Positions 1-9,098 of a DNA stretch of 64,000 bases are shown in pieces (position 1 is the first letter of the stretch; each line of letters begins with the position of its first letter). The notes below the pieces were generated by a model. That model saw only the letters and a program-made list of their open reading frames with translations, searched no databases and was not told the DNA's origin. Source of the DNA: Candidatus Eiseniibacteriota bacterium (GTDB lineage: Bacteria; Eisenbacteria; RBG-16-71-46); assembly GCA_038231135.1 (NCBI GenBank), contig JBBRLX010000003.1, forward strand, positions 184,458 to 248,457, in the 5' to 3' direction. The position numbers and the translations under genes are program-made.

Positions 1-2
1 GG

Positions 3-89
3 GAGGCGCCCGGCATGTTCGGCGACTACACGCTCGTGCCGCTGCCCGATGGCAGCGAGGCGACACACACGGAGCACCCCAAGGTGTGA
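3..89 (+). CDS. 3' end of an upstream gene cut by the window edge (…EAPGMFGDYTLVPLPDGSEATHTEHPKV*), product unknown
   Basis: Open frame from position 3 with GC-rich codon usage; TGA at 87-89 overlaps the GTG start of fdhD (GTGA coupling). Confidence 0.6.
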   Translation, partial: EAPGMFGDYTLVPLPDGSEATHTEHPKV

Positions 90-901
90 CGGACGTCCGG
101 CACACCACGCGTCTCCCGATCGTGCGCGTGACGGACGGCACGCCGGAGCCGCTCGATGACAGTGTGGCGGTCGAGCGGGCGCTCGAGATCCGGGTGGGTG
201 GCCGCACGCTCGCCGTCACGCTGCGCACGCCGGGAGACGATCGGGAGCTGGCGCTGGGATTCCTCGCGTCGGAAGGGGTGATCACCCACCGGGACGACGT
301 CGCCGCCAGCCGGGAGCGCCCGGCAGAGTGCTCGGACGAGCCCGACGTCATCGACATCGTGCTCGCGCCCGGCACCGTGCTCGACTGGACGCGCCTCGAG
401 CGGAACTTCGCGGTCAGCTCCGCGTGCGGTCTGTGCGGCCGCGCGCATCTGGACGCGCTGCGCACCGGGCTCACGCCGATGCCGGTTACCACGTCGTTCG
501 CCCCGGCGCGGCTGTCGGGGCTCACGGCGCGGGTGCGCGAGGCGCAGGCCGGCTTCTCGGCGACGGGCGGGCTCCACGCGGCGGTGGTGTGTGACGACGC
601 GCTCGAGCCGCTGGTGCTGCGCGAGGACGTCGGCCGGCACAACGCCGTCGACAAGGTGTGCGGCTGGCTGCTCGAGTTCGGGCGCTACCCGGCGGACTCG
701 GGCCTGCTATGGGTGAGCGGCCGCGCGGGCGCGGAGATCGTGCTCAAGGCCGCGCGCGCGCGGATCCCGGTGCTGGCCGCGGTGGGCGCGCCGTCGTCGC
801 TGGCCGTCGAGCTGGCGGAGGCCGCGGGGATGACGCTGATCGGATTCCTGCGCGATGCGCGAATGAACGTATACTGTGGGGCACACCGGCTCGGCGGGTG
901 A
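86..901 (+). CDS. fdhD: Formate dehydrogenase accessory sulfurtransferase FdhD
   Basis: Motifs TLRTPGDDRELALGFL, SSACGLCG, TGGLHAA, REDVGRHNAVDK, SGR, APSSLAV, LIGFLR. Confidence 0.95.
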   Translation: MTDVRHTTRLPIVRVTDGTPEPLDDSVAVERALEIRVGGRTLAVTLRTPGDDRELALGFLASEGVITHRDDVAASRERPAECSDEPDVIDIVLAPGTVLDWTRLERNFAVSSACGLCGRAHLDALRTGLTPMPVTTSFAPARLSGLTARVREAQAGFSATGGLHAAVVCDDALEPLVLREDVGRHNAVDKVCGWLLEFGRYPADSGLLWVSGRAGAEIVLKAARARIPVLAAVGAPSSLAVELAEAAGMTLIGFLRDARMNVYCGAHRLGG

Positions 902-1003
902 CGGACATCCTGCCGCGGGGTGCGATGCGGAGAGAGACCACGTTTGGCGCGGCTCCGCGCGCGGGCCTGATTCCAATCCCGCGCTGCGGTAGGATGCCAC
1001 CAC

Positions 1004-2710
1004 ATGACCTTCGCCGCCATCGACCTCGAAGTCCATCGCTTCGTCCATCAGCTCGGCCGCCAGCTCGCCGACACCCGCAACCCGGACAAGGTGCTGCGTC
1101 ACGCGCTGCGCGCGTGCTCCGAGCACTTCGGCGCCGAGCGCGCGGTGATCGCGGTGCTCGAGCCGGGCATGGCCATGGCCGAGGCGCTCGTCGTCCACCC
1201 CGAGGGCGCGGCGTGCGACCTCGCGCTCGTCACGGCGCTGCTGCGCCGCGAGCAGCCGCCGATCCCGAGCGGCACCGTGGTGGCGCGGCTCGCGCGCCGC
1301 GGCCGGGCGTGGGGGATGATCGTGCTCGACCGCGACGGCAACCGGTTTCCGGACGGCGCGCCACGCGCGCTGGCGCTGGTGGCCGAGGAGTTGTCGGCGA
1401 TGCTCGAGCGGCTGGACCGCGAGCGGCTGTCGGAGGTGCGCGCGCGCATCGACGGCAAGATGATGCGCGAGCTGCCGCCCAAGGATCTCTACTACCAGAT
1501 CCTCGACGGGCTCCATCAGCTCACGCGCTACGATCATTCGGCCGCGCTGTGGATCTGGAACCCGGCCACGTCCGAGCTGGAGCTGGTGGCGGAGCAGGTG
1601 GCGTTCGAGAAGGGCAAGAGCACGCTGATCGGTTCCCGGGCGTGGCTGGCGGACGATCTGGCCGCGGTGCTGGGGGATGGCGTGGTATTCGGGTTCGACC
1701 GCGACGGCGACGGCTGGCTCGAATGGACCGGCTACGGCGTCGTGCCGCTGGCCGCGATGCTCGATTCGAGCGGGCTCGGCACGCCACCGCGCCCCAACGA
1801 GGGTGCGATGCTGTGCGCGGCGCTCGGCACCCGCGAGGGGCCGCTCGGCATCCTCAAGCTCGCCGAGCTCCACGTCGGCTCGTTCGCCGAGTGGGAGCGC
1901 GCCGCGGTCGAGCGGTTCACGCTGCTCGCGTCGCTGGCGCTGCAGCGCGCGCGCACGATCGAATCGCTGCAGGCCCGCATGATCAAGGTGGAGCGCCAGA
2001 ACGCGCTGGCCAACCTGGCGCGCGGCGTCGCACACGACGTCAACAACGCGCTGGGCGAGGTGCTGCCGCTGGTGCAGCAGATCCGCAGCGACCTCGAGGC
2101 CGGCCGGCTCGAGCCGCGGCTGCTCGCCGACGATCTCGACCGCGTCGAGAGTTCGCTGCAGGTCACGCGCGGGATCTTCGGGCGCATGCTGCGGTTCGCG
2201 CGCGGCTCGGCCCGCGTGTCCGCCACCGGCGACGTGATCCGCGCGCTCGAGAGCACCTGCGACCTGATGCGCGACGGCATCGCGAAGCAGCAGGTCGTCC
2301 TGCACATCGAGGCGCCGGACACGCTGCCGCGGGTACGGTGCGCGACCAGCGACCTCGAGCGCGTGTTCCTGAACCTGATGGGCAATGCCCGCGACTCGAT
2401 GCCGGGAGGCGGCACGCTCGCGCTGCGGTTGCGGCTCGACGCCGGGGTGGTCGAGATCGTGATCGAGGACACCGGCACCGGCATGTCGCCCGAGACGCTG
2501 GCCGAGATCGAGCGCCCGTTCTACACCACGAAGGAGCACGGCACCGGGCTCGGGCTCTCGACCTGCCGTTCGATCGTGGCCGAGGCCGGCGGCGAGCTGG
2601 CGATCACGAGTTCGCCGGGGCACGGGACGCGCGTGACGGTGCGTATTCCCGCCGCGCTGGGCGACCGGCCCGCGGGCGATACGCCGACACCTGCGGCGGG
2701 AGAGCCCTGA
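1004..2710 (+). CDS. Cytoplasmic sensor histidine kinase (GAF-like input, HisKA, HATPase)
   Basis: H-box GVAHDVNNAL, N-box VFLNLMGNARD, G1 IEDTGTGM, F-box PFYTTK, G2 GTGLGL; no obvious TM helix. Confidence 0.9.
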   Translation: MTFAAIDLEVHRFVHQLGRQLADTRNPDKVLRHALRACSEHFGAERAVIAVLEPGMAMAEALVVHPEGAACDLALVTALLRREQPPIPSGTVVARLARRGRAWGMIVLDRDGNRFPDGAPRALALVAEELSAMLERLDRERLSEVRARIDGKMMRELPPKDLYYQILDGLHQLTRYDHSAALWIWNPATSELELVAEQVAFEKGKSTLIGSRAWLADDLAAVLGDGVVFGFDRDGDGWLEWTGYGVVPLAAMLDSSGLGTPPRPNEGAMLCAALGTREGPLGILKLAELHVGSFAEWERAAVERFTLLASLALQRARTIESLQARMIKVERQNALANLARGVAHDVNNALGEVLPLVQQIRSDLEAGRLEPRLLADDLDRVESSLQVTRGIFGRMLRFARGSARVSATGDVIRALESTCDLMRDGIAKQQVVLHIEAPDTLPRVRCATSDLERVFLNLMGNARDSMPGGGTLALRLRLDAGVVEIVIEDTGTGMSPETLAEIERPFYTTKEHGTGLGLSTCRSIVAEAGGELAITSSPGHGTRVTVRIPAALGDRPAGDTPTPAAGEP

Positions 2711-2711
2711 G

Positions 2712-3842
2712 GTGGCGCGCGCCAGACTGCTGGTGGTCGACGACGAGCCGGGCATGCTGCGCGCGGTGGAGCGCGTGCTCGCCCCGCTCTACGACGTGAC
2801 GACGTCGCGGCTGCCGGTGCTGGCGCTCGAGGTCGCCTCCGCGCCGGGAGCGACGTTCGACGTCGCGATCCTCGACGTGCGCATGCCCGGCATGGACGGT
2901 TTCGCGCTGATGGCCCGGCTCGCGGTCCTGCAGCCCGGCATCAGCGTGATCCTGATGACCGGCAGCGCCGACGAGCGTGACGCCCGGCTGGTGCGGGCGA
3001 TCCGCGAGCGGGCGTTCTTCTTCCTGACGAAGCCGTTCGACCGCGACGTGCTGCTCACGCTCGTCGAGCGCTGCCTCGAGTTGCGGCGGCTCGACGTCGC
3101 GAACCGGGCTCACGTCGCCGAGCTCGAATCGGAGCTGGCGGCCGCGCGCGTGTTCCAGGAGAGCCTGCTGCCGCCGCGGCACGGCGAAGGTGGCGGCGTG
3201 CGGATCGCCGCGTACTGGGAGCCGACGGAGACGCTGGGCGGAGACTTCTTCGACTACACGCTCGACGGCACCGGAGCGACGGTGCTGATGGCCGACGTGT
3301 CGGGACACGGCGCGCCGGCGGCCATGCTGGCGGGCATGGTGAAACTGGCGTTCCGCGCCGTGGCGGGGAAGGTGCAGGCAGCCCAGGTGATGGATCGCGT
3401 CGGCGGGTGCGTGAAGCTGTTCCCGCCCGACCGGCACCTGACCGCGATCGCGGTGCAGTTCGGGCCGGTGCCGGGCGCCGTGAAGTACGTGAACGCGGGG
3501 CACCCGCCCGGGCTCCTGGTCCACAGCGGCCGCATCGAACGGCTGGAGTCGTCGGAGGCGCTGCTGCATCCGGCATTGCAGCGGAACACCGACACGGTCC
3601 CCTGCGAAGCGCGGCTCGAACCCGGCGACCGGCTGGTGCTCTACACCGACGGCATCACCGAGACCCGCAGCCCCGCCGAGGAGGAGTTCGGCGCCGAGCG
3701 ACTGGAGCGGGCGGTGATTGCCGCCGCGTCCGAGAGCCTCGACAACCTGCTCCACCGGGTGCGCGCCGAGTTGGAGACGTTCCGCGACGGGCGGCCCGCG
3801 TCGGACGACGTCACGATGCTGGTGCTGGAGCGGACCGCGTAG
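2712..3842 (+). CDS. Response regulator fused to a SpoIIE/PP2C phosphatase (RsbU/RssB-like)
   Basis: Receiver VVDDE, ILDVRMPGMDG, MTG, KPF; PP2C motifs GGDFFD, ADVSGHG, NAGHPP, YTDGITE, DDVT; starts 1 nt after the kinase stop. Confidence 0.92.
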   Translation: MARARLLVVDDEPGMLRAVERVLAPLYDVTTSRLPVLALEVASAPGATFDVAILDVRMPGMDGFALMARLAVLQPGISVILMTGSADERDARLVRAIRERAFFFLTKPFDRDVLLTLVERCLELRRLDVANRAHVAELESELAAARVFQESLLPPRHGEGGGVRIAAYWEPTETLGGDFFDYTLDGTGATVLMADVSGHGAPAAMLAGMVKLAFRAVAGKVQAAQVMDRVGGCVKLFPPDRHLTAIAVQFGPVPGAVKYVNAGHPPGLLVHSGRIERLESSEALLHPALQRNTDTVPCEARLEPGDRLVLYTDGITETRSPAEEEFGAERLERAVIAAASESLDNLLHRVRAELETFRDGRPASDDVTMLVLERTA

Positions 3843-3846
3843 CCCG

Positions 3847-5154
3847 TCAGTGCGCGGCCGTCACCCCCGGCTGCGGCCGCGCGTTCCATAAAATCAGCAT
3901 CAGTACCGCGCCGATCGCCGCGAAGCCGATCATGCTCGGCGCCCAGGCGCCCCAGCCGTACAGGTCGACCAGTTTGCCGATGCCGTAGCCGGCGAACGCG
4001 CCGCCGATGTACTGCATGCCGTCGAACAGCCCGGCCGCGGTGGCGGCGGCACGCTGGCCGCCGAAGTCCATCGACGCGGTGCCCGACAGCATCGAGTGCA
4101 CCATCGAGATGCCCATCGAGTTCACGATGAACGCGCCGATGATCCAGCCGATCGAGGTCTGGTGCCACACCACCCACAGCGACGCGACCATGAGCGCGTA
4201 GCCGATGAACGCGACCGGGGGCCGGCGGGCGCCGAACGTCTTGTCCGACAGCAGTCCGGCGATCACCGCGCCGACGATGCCGGCGCCGACGATGATGAAC
4301 GCGCCGGTGCGGAAGATCGGGCTGTCGAGCTTGAGATGCTGGGCCTCCTGCATGTAGCGCGGGAACCATTCCTCGAAGCCCTTGCGCGCGAGTCCGGTGC
4401 AGAACTCGGCGACCGCGATCGTCAGCGCGATCGGGTTCGTGAACACCTTGCGCGCGACGTAGCCGAACGTGATCTTCTCGGTGTCGCCGCTGGTGGCGTC
4501 CTGCGGGTCGAACGCCGGCAGGCCGGCGTCGGCGGGCGTGTCCCGCACGACGAGCGCCGTGAAGATCAGCATGATGCCAATCGCGATCGCGGGCAGGAAG
4601 AACTTCCACTGCCACGGCAGCGCCACCACGAACGGCAGCGGCAGGATCGCGTATACGCCGGTGCGGCCGAGCTGGATCATCGAACCGAAGATCGACGAGA
4701 ACACGCCACGCTCGCTGACGTGGAACCAGCCCGAGTTCACCTTGATCAGCGCGAGCGCGCTGTAGGACTGGAAGTACATGTTCAGCGTCCACATCGTCGT
4801 CAGGTAGCCGAGCAGCAGCGTGCCCGTGCCCAGGAATCCGAGGTAGGCGCCAAGGCCGAACAGCAGGTTGAACACGAACGCGCCCGAGGCGCCGATCAGC
4901 ATCGCCCTGCGCCCGCCGAGACGGTCGGCGATCGGACCGTTGAACAGCGCCGAGACGCCGTAGACCAGCGTGGCCACCGAGATGATGCCGCCGATCTGGG
5001 CCTTGCTCCAGCCGTAGGTGTCGGACAGCGCCTTATTCGCGAACGAAAAGTTGTAGCGGCCCATGTACATGGCCGCGTACGTGAGTCCGAGCGTGAACCA
5101 GTTCTGGATCCGGCGGGTGCGGAAGGCGGCCGTGTACGTCGGGCGCTCGAGCAT
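3847..5154 (-). CDS. MFS transporter, GlpT/UhpT-like organophosphate antiporter family
   Basis: About 12 hydrophobic segments; YMGRYNFS, motif A GPIADRLGGRR, WF..SERG, VRDTP..AGLP. Confidence 0.8.
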   Translation of the reverse strand: MLERPTYTAAFRTRRIQNWFTLGLTYAAMYMGRYNFSFANKALSDTYGWSKAQIGGIISVATLVYGVSALFNGPIADRLGGRRAMLIGASGAFVFNLLFGLGAYLGFLGTGTLLLGYLTTMWTLNMYFQSYSALALIKVNSGWFHVSERGVFSSIFGSMIQLGRTGVYAILPLPFVVALPWQWKFFLPAIAIGIMLIFTALVVRDTPADAGLPAFDPQDATSGDTEKITFGYVARKVFTNPIALTIAVAEFCTGLARKGFEEWFPRYMQEAQHLKLDSPIFRTGAFIIVGAGIVGAVIAGLLSDKTFGARRPPVAFIGYALMVASLWVVWHQTSIGWIIGAFIVNSMGISMVHSMLSGTASMDFGGQRAAATAAGLFDGMQYIGGAFAGYGIGKLVDLYGWGAWAPSMIGFAAIGAVLMLILWNARPQPGVTAAH

Positions 5155-5281
5155 GCGCAGCTACCTCGTGGGCGTTCGAAGCGAAGCCCGGCTCCCCACG
5201 GGGCGCCGGAGGACAAGGAGATCCTCGCTTGTACTCCCGCATTACCGGGAAATCAAGGTCCGAACGCGCTATCATGCGCGC

Positions 5282-5800
5282 ATGGGCACCCTGGCCGCCT
5301 GGCTGAGTCGCGAGCTCGAGTGGGATTCGCTCGAATGGCTCGGGCGCCGCTACGTGCTGCGCGCGGGCGGGGACGAGGTGGCCCGGCTGACGACCACGGG
5401 ACTGTTTCGGCGCGCCGCCGAGTTCGAAGCGCCCGGTGTGCGGTGGCAGATCCGGTCCACGCGCTGGCTGCTGCCCGAACTGCGAGTCCTGGAGGACGGC
5501 AGGCCGATCGCCACCTACCGCGGCCGCTGGTTCGGCGGGGGCACGCTCGAACTGCTCCACGACCGTTCGGTCTCGGCCGCCGGCGTCTCGCGGAACTGGC
5601 AATGGCGTCGCCGCGGGCTGCGTCGCCGGCAATTCCTGGAGGACGGTGTGCCGGTCGTGAGCCTGTGGCGGAAGCTGTCGTGGGCTCGACGGCGTGTTGG
5701 CGCGCGCGTGGAACGCGACTCGTTGCCGGAGCGTGACGCGCTCATCCTCGTCGCGGCGGGGTTCTATCTGATGCTGCGGACGCGACGCGGACGTCCATGA
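5282..5800 (+). CDS. Hypothetical protein (172 aa, Arg/Trp-rich)
   Basis: ATG at 5282 lies 6 nt after a TATCAT -10-like box; the ORF-track start (5063) would overlap the divergent MFS gene. Confidence 0.6.
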   Translation: MGTLAAWLSRELEWDSLEWLGRRYVLRAGGDEVARLTTTGLFRRAAEFEAPGVRWQIRSTRWLLPELRVLEDGRPIATYRGRWFGGGTLELLHDRSVSAAGVSRNWQWRRRGLRRRQFLEDGVPVVSLWRKLSWARRRVGARVERDSLPERDALILVAAGFYLMLRTRRGRP

Positions 5801-5887
5801 TAGTTCTCAAGAATTGCTGAAATAACTCCGATAAATCGGCATTCCCCGCCCCCCTCCGCCCTCCAGTACGTACCGAAGGAGGTCACG

Positions 5888-8242
5888 GTGTTTCGTTTCT
5901 CGACGCGATTCGCGGCCCTGCTCGCCGTTTGCATCACGCTGTCGCAGTCTCACCCGGCCATGGCAGGCACCGTTCGATTCGCAACGCACGTCCGACCCAC
6001 CGCCACGGCGGCCGGGCATGCGATCGGCACGAGCATCGCGGCACGGGGCGCCATTCAACTCACTCCGTTCAGCTCGGCCCTGTTCGCCGGGGATTCGTTC
6101 TTCGGCACGGCGTCCCTCCAGAACCCGAATGGGGATCCGCTCGCCGGCGCGGCCGTCCAATTCACGATCTTCGGCGGGCCGAACGCCGGGAACCCGGGGA
6201 GCGGCCCCGCGGTTACCGACGCGGACGGCCTGGCCGGTTTCGACTACATGAGCACGCGCAACGGCGTCGACTCGCTGGTCGCGACGTTCGTCGATGCGTC
6301 GGGGACGCTGCAGACCTCGAACGTCATTACGGTCGAATGGGCCGGCGGCGACGACTGTCCCGCGTTCACGGCGCCGACGCCGGCGGACCGGTCCACGGTC
6401 GTGGTCCACGCGGGAGATCCCATCGCGCTGGATGTACGCGCCACCGACGCGAATCCGGGGGACACAGTGACGCTGGCCGCACTCGGCCTGCCGGCATCCG
6501 CCACGTTCAGCCCGGGAGAGGGCAATCCGGCGAGCGGCAGCTTCCGGTGGACGCCGTCCTATGCGGACCTGGGCCGGCATGTTCTCACGTTCAACGCGTC
6601 CGACAACGCCGCCGCGGCGTGCACCACGTCGACCGGCGTGACGATCGATGTGCAATGCCCGCTCAACAACCGGGCCCCGGAGTTCACGGCGCCGGCCTGC
6701 GGCGCGACGGTGGTGACGCTCGCCGGCCAGCTGGTGACGCTGCCGGTCGCGGTGCGGGACGCCGACACGGGCGATGCGGTGACCCTGACGGCGTCGGGGC
6801 CGGGAGCGCTCGTCGCCGTGACGCCGGGAAATCCGGCGTCGGGCCGGTATGAATGGCGAACCGGCGCGGCCGACATCGGGGTGCACGTGATCACGCTCAC
6901 CGCGACGGACCGGTGTGGCGGCACGTCGGATTGCAGCACCACGGTGCGTGTGGACGACCCGCAGGTGTGCCCGCGGTTCATAGCGCCCACGCCGGCGGAG
7001 GGTGCGGTGCTGGCGGCCACCGCGGGTGCCGAGTTCTCGCTGCCGGTGCGCGCGGCCGACGCGAACGCCGGTGACCGGTTGACGCTGAGCGTCGACGGAG
7101 CGCCCGCGGTGACGTTTACGACGTCGCCCGGCAATCCCGTGGACGGCACGCTCTTGTGGGCGCCCACGCGGGCAGACCTCGGGCAGCACGCGATCACGTT
7201 CACGGTGATCGATCACGCCGCCACGCCATGCGCGGTGTCACGCACCGTCCAGGTGCTCGTCGCGTGCCCGGCGGGCAATGCGGCGCCCGTGTTCACGGCG
7301 CCGGCGTGCGGCGCCACGCTCGAAGCCGCGGCCGGCCAGCCGCTGTCGTTCCCGGTGGCCGCTGCAGACCCCGACGCCGGCGATGCCGTGACGCTCGCGA
7401 TGACGGGAGCGGGCGCGCTGACGATCGTGCCCGGGAATCCCCCGACGGCCCGGTTCGACTGGACGCCAGCCGCTGCGGATTCCGGGTCGCGCACGCTGGC
7501 GTTCACGGCGACCGATCGCTGCAGCCTCACGACCCGCTGCGAGGTCACGGTGCACGTGATGGCGAACCGCCCGCCCGACGGCTCGGCCGTGCGACCGTCG
7601 ATCAGCGTGCTGTGGCCCGCGAACCACAAGCTGGTCCCCGTCACGCTCACCGGCGCGACCGATCCCGACGGCGACTCGGTTCGCGTCGAGATCACCGGGA
7701 TCACCCAGGACGAGCCGCTGACCGGAGGCAAGGGCGCGGAGTGCGGCGATGCGGTGATCGCGGCCGGAGTCCCCAGCCTGCGCGCCGAACGCTCGGGCGA
7801 CAACGGCCGGGTGTACGAGATTCGCTACCGGGCGACGGATGGCAGGGGCGGATTCTGCGAGGGCGCGGTGCACGTGTGCGTGCCCCACGACAACGGTTCC
7901 GGCGGAGGCTGTGTCGACGACGGCCAGCGGTTCTCGTCGCTGGGTCTGTGCGGGCCGTCCTCGTCGGCGGTGATGAATCCGGTGACGGCGGTGAGCCTCG
8001 ACGTGGCCGACCTGTCGAGCCGCGACGTGACGCTCGAGTACGCGCTGCCGGCCGATGCCGACGTGCGAATCGCGGTCTACGACATCACCGGCCGCCGGCT
8101 CGCGCTGCTCGAGGATGCCCGCCGGGCTCAGGGCACGTACGCCGTGACGTGGCACGCGGGTGGCCTCGCACGTGGCGTGTACTACTGCCGGATGACCGCG
8201 GGGGATCGCACGGTGACGCGGGCCGTGGTGCTCGCGCGCTGA
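5888..8242 (+). CDS. Exported protein with Ig/cadherin-like repeats, an LWPxNHK domain and a C-terminal T9SS/FlgD-like domain
   Basis: RBS AAGGAGG; signal peptide ending AMA; four ~100-aa Cys-containing repeats; C-terminal IAVYDITGRRL…GVYYCRM…VVLAR. Confidence 0.85.
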   Translation: MFRFSTRFAALLAVCITLSQSHPAMAGTVRFATHVRPTATAAGHAIGTSIAARGAIQLTPFSSALFAGDSFFGTASLQNPNGDPLAGAAVQFTIFGGPNAGNPGSGPAVTDADGLAGFDYMSTRNGVDSLVATFVDASGTLQTSNVITVEWAGGDDCPAFTAPTPADRSTVVVHAGDPIALDVRATDANPGDTVTLAALGLPASATFSPGEGNPASGSFRWTPSYADLGRHVLTFNASDNAAAACTTSTGVTIDVQCPLNNRAPEFTAPACGATVVTLAGQLVTLPVAVRDADTGDAVTLTASGPGALVAVTPGNPASGRYEWRTGAADIGVHVITLTATDRCGGTSDCSTTVRVDDPQVCPRFIAPTPAEGAVLAATAGAEFSLPVRAADANAGDRLTLSVDGAPAVTFTTSPGNPVDGTLLWAPTRADLGQHAITFTVIDHAATPCAVSRTVQVLVACPAGNAAPVFTAPACGATLEAAAGQPLSFPVAAADPDAGDAVTLAMTGAGALTIVPGNPPTARFDWTPAAADSGSRTLAFTATDRCSLTTRCEVTVHVMANRPPDGSAVRPSISVLWPANHKLVPVTLTGATDPDGDSVRVEITGITQDEPLTGGKGAECGDAVIAAGVPSLRAERSGDNGRVYEIRYRATDGRGGFCEGAVHVCVPHDNGSGGGCVDDGQRFSSLGLCGPSSSAVMNPVTAVSLDVADLSSRDVTLEYALPADADVRIAVYDITGRRLALLEDARRAQGTYAVTWHAGGLARGVYYCRMTAGDRTVTRAVVLAR

Positions 8243-8302
8243 CGGCACGGGCGCGGGGCGGATCCGCGCGCGGTGACTCGTGGGGCGTGGCCGATCGTTC
8301 GG

Positions 8303-9079
8303 CTACGCCCCGAGCCGTTCCCGGAGTTCCCGCGCCCGCACGCGGCTCACCGGCACCTCGGTGCGCGCAGCGTCCTTGAGCTGCAGCCGGTAGGTGCCGG
8401 CGAAGCCGGGCTTGAGCGCGACGGCGAAGTCCAGGTTCACGATCGCGTTGCGATGCACGCGGGCGAACCGGCGCGGATCGAGCTTCGCCTCGAGCTGGTC
8501 GAGCGTGAAGTTGACGTAGTGGCGGTCGCCGTCGGTGGCCGCGAACACCAGCTTGTCCTCGGCGCCGAACCACAGCACGTCGTCGGATTTCAGGATCAAC
8601 TGGCGCACGCCGACGCGCACCGTGAAGCGCTCGAGCGGGTCCGTGGCGTCGCGCCGGCCGCGATCGAGACCCTGCAGCAGCGCGTCGAGCCGCGCCGTGA
8701 GGTCCTGGGGACGCGCGAGGTCGCGCCGCGCGCGATCCAGCGCCTCGATCAGGCGCCCGGCCCGGAATGGCTTGAGCAGATAGTCGCAGGCGTTCTCCTC
8801 GAACGCCTGGACCGCATAGTGATCGAACGCCGTGAGGAACACGACCGCCGGGCGCGGGTCGAGCGACCGCAGCAGCTGGAAGCCGTCCTCGCCCGGCATC
8901 TGGATGTCGAGCAGCAGCAGGTCGGGGCGCGATTCCGCGATCCGCTCGCGTGCCTCCGCCGCCGACCCGGCCTCGCCGGTGACGCTCACGCCCTCGGCCC
9001 CGTCGAGCATGCGCCGCGTGCGCGCCCGCGCCAGCGGCTCGTCGTCCACGATCAGGATGCGCAGCGGCGTCACGGTCAT
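8303..9079 (-). CDS. LytTR-family response regulator
   Basis: IVDDEPLAR, LLDIQMPGEDG, FLTAFDHYAVQAFE, DYLLKP; LytTR domain FARVHRNAIVNL and VPVSR. Confidence 0.95.
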   Translation of the reverse strand: MTVTPLRILIVDDEPLARARTRRMLDGAEGVSVTGEAGSAAEARERIAESRPDLLLLDIQMPGEDGFQLLRSLDPRPAVVFLTAFDHYAVQAFEENACDYLLKPFRAGRLIEALDRARRDLARPQDLTARLDALLQGLDRGRRDATDPLERFTVRVGVRQLILKSDDVLWFGAEDKLVFAATDGDRHYVNFTLDQLEAKLDPRRFARVHRNAIVNLDFAVALKPGFAGTYRLQLKDAARTEVPVSRVRARELRERLGA

Positions 9080-9098
9080 CGGAACCCCGGAATGCCGG

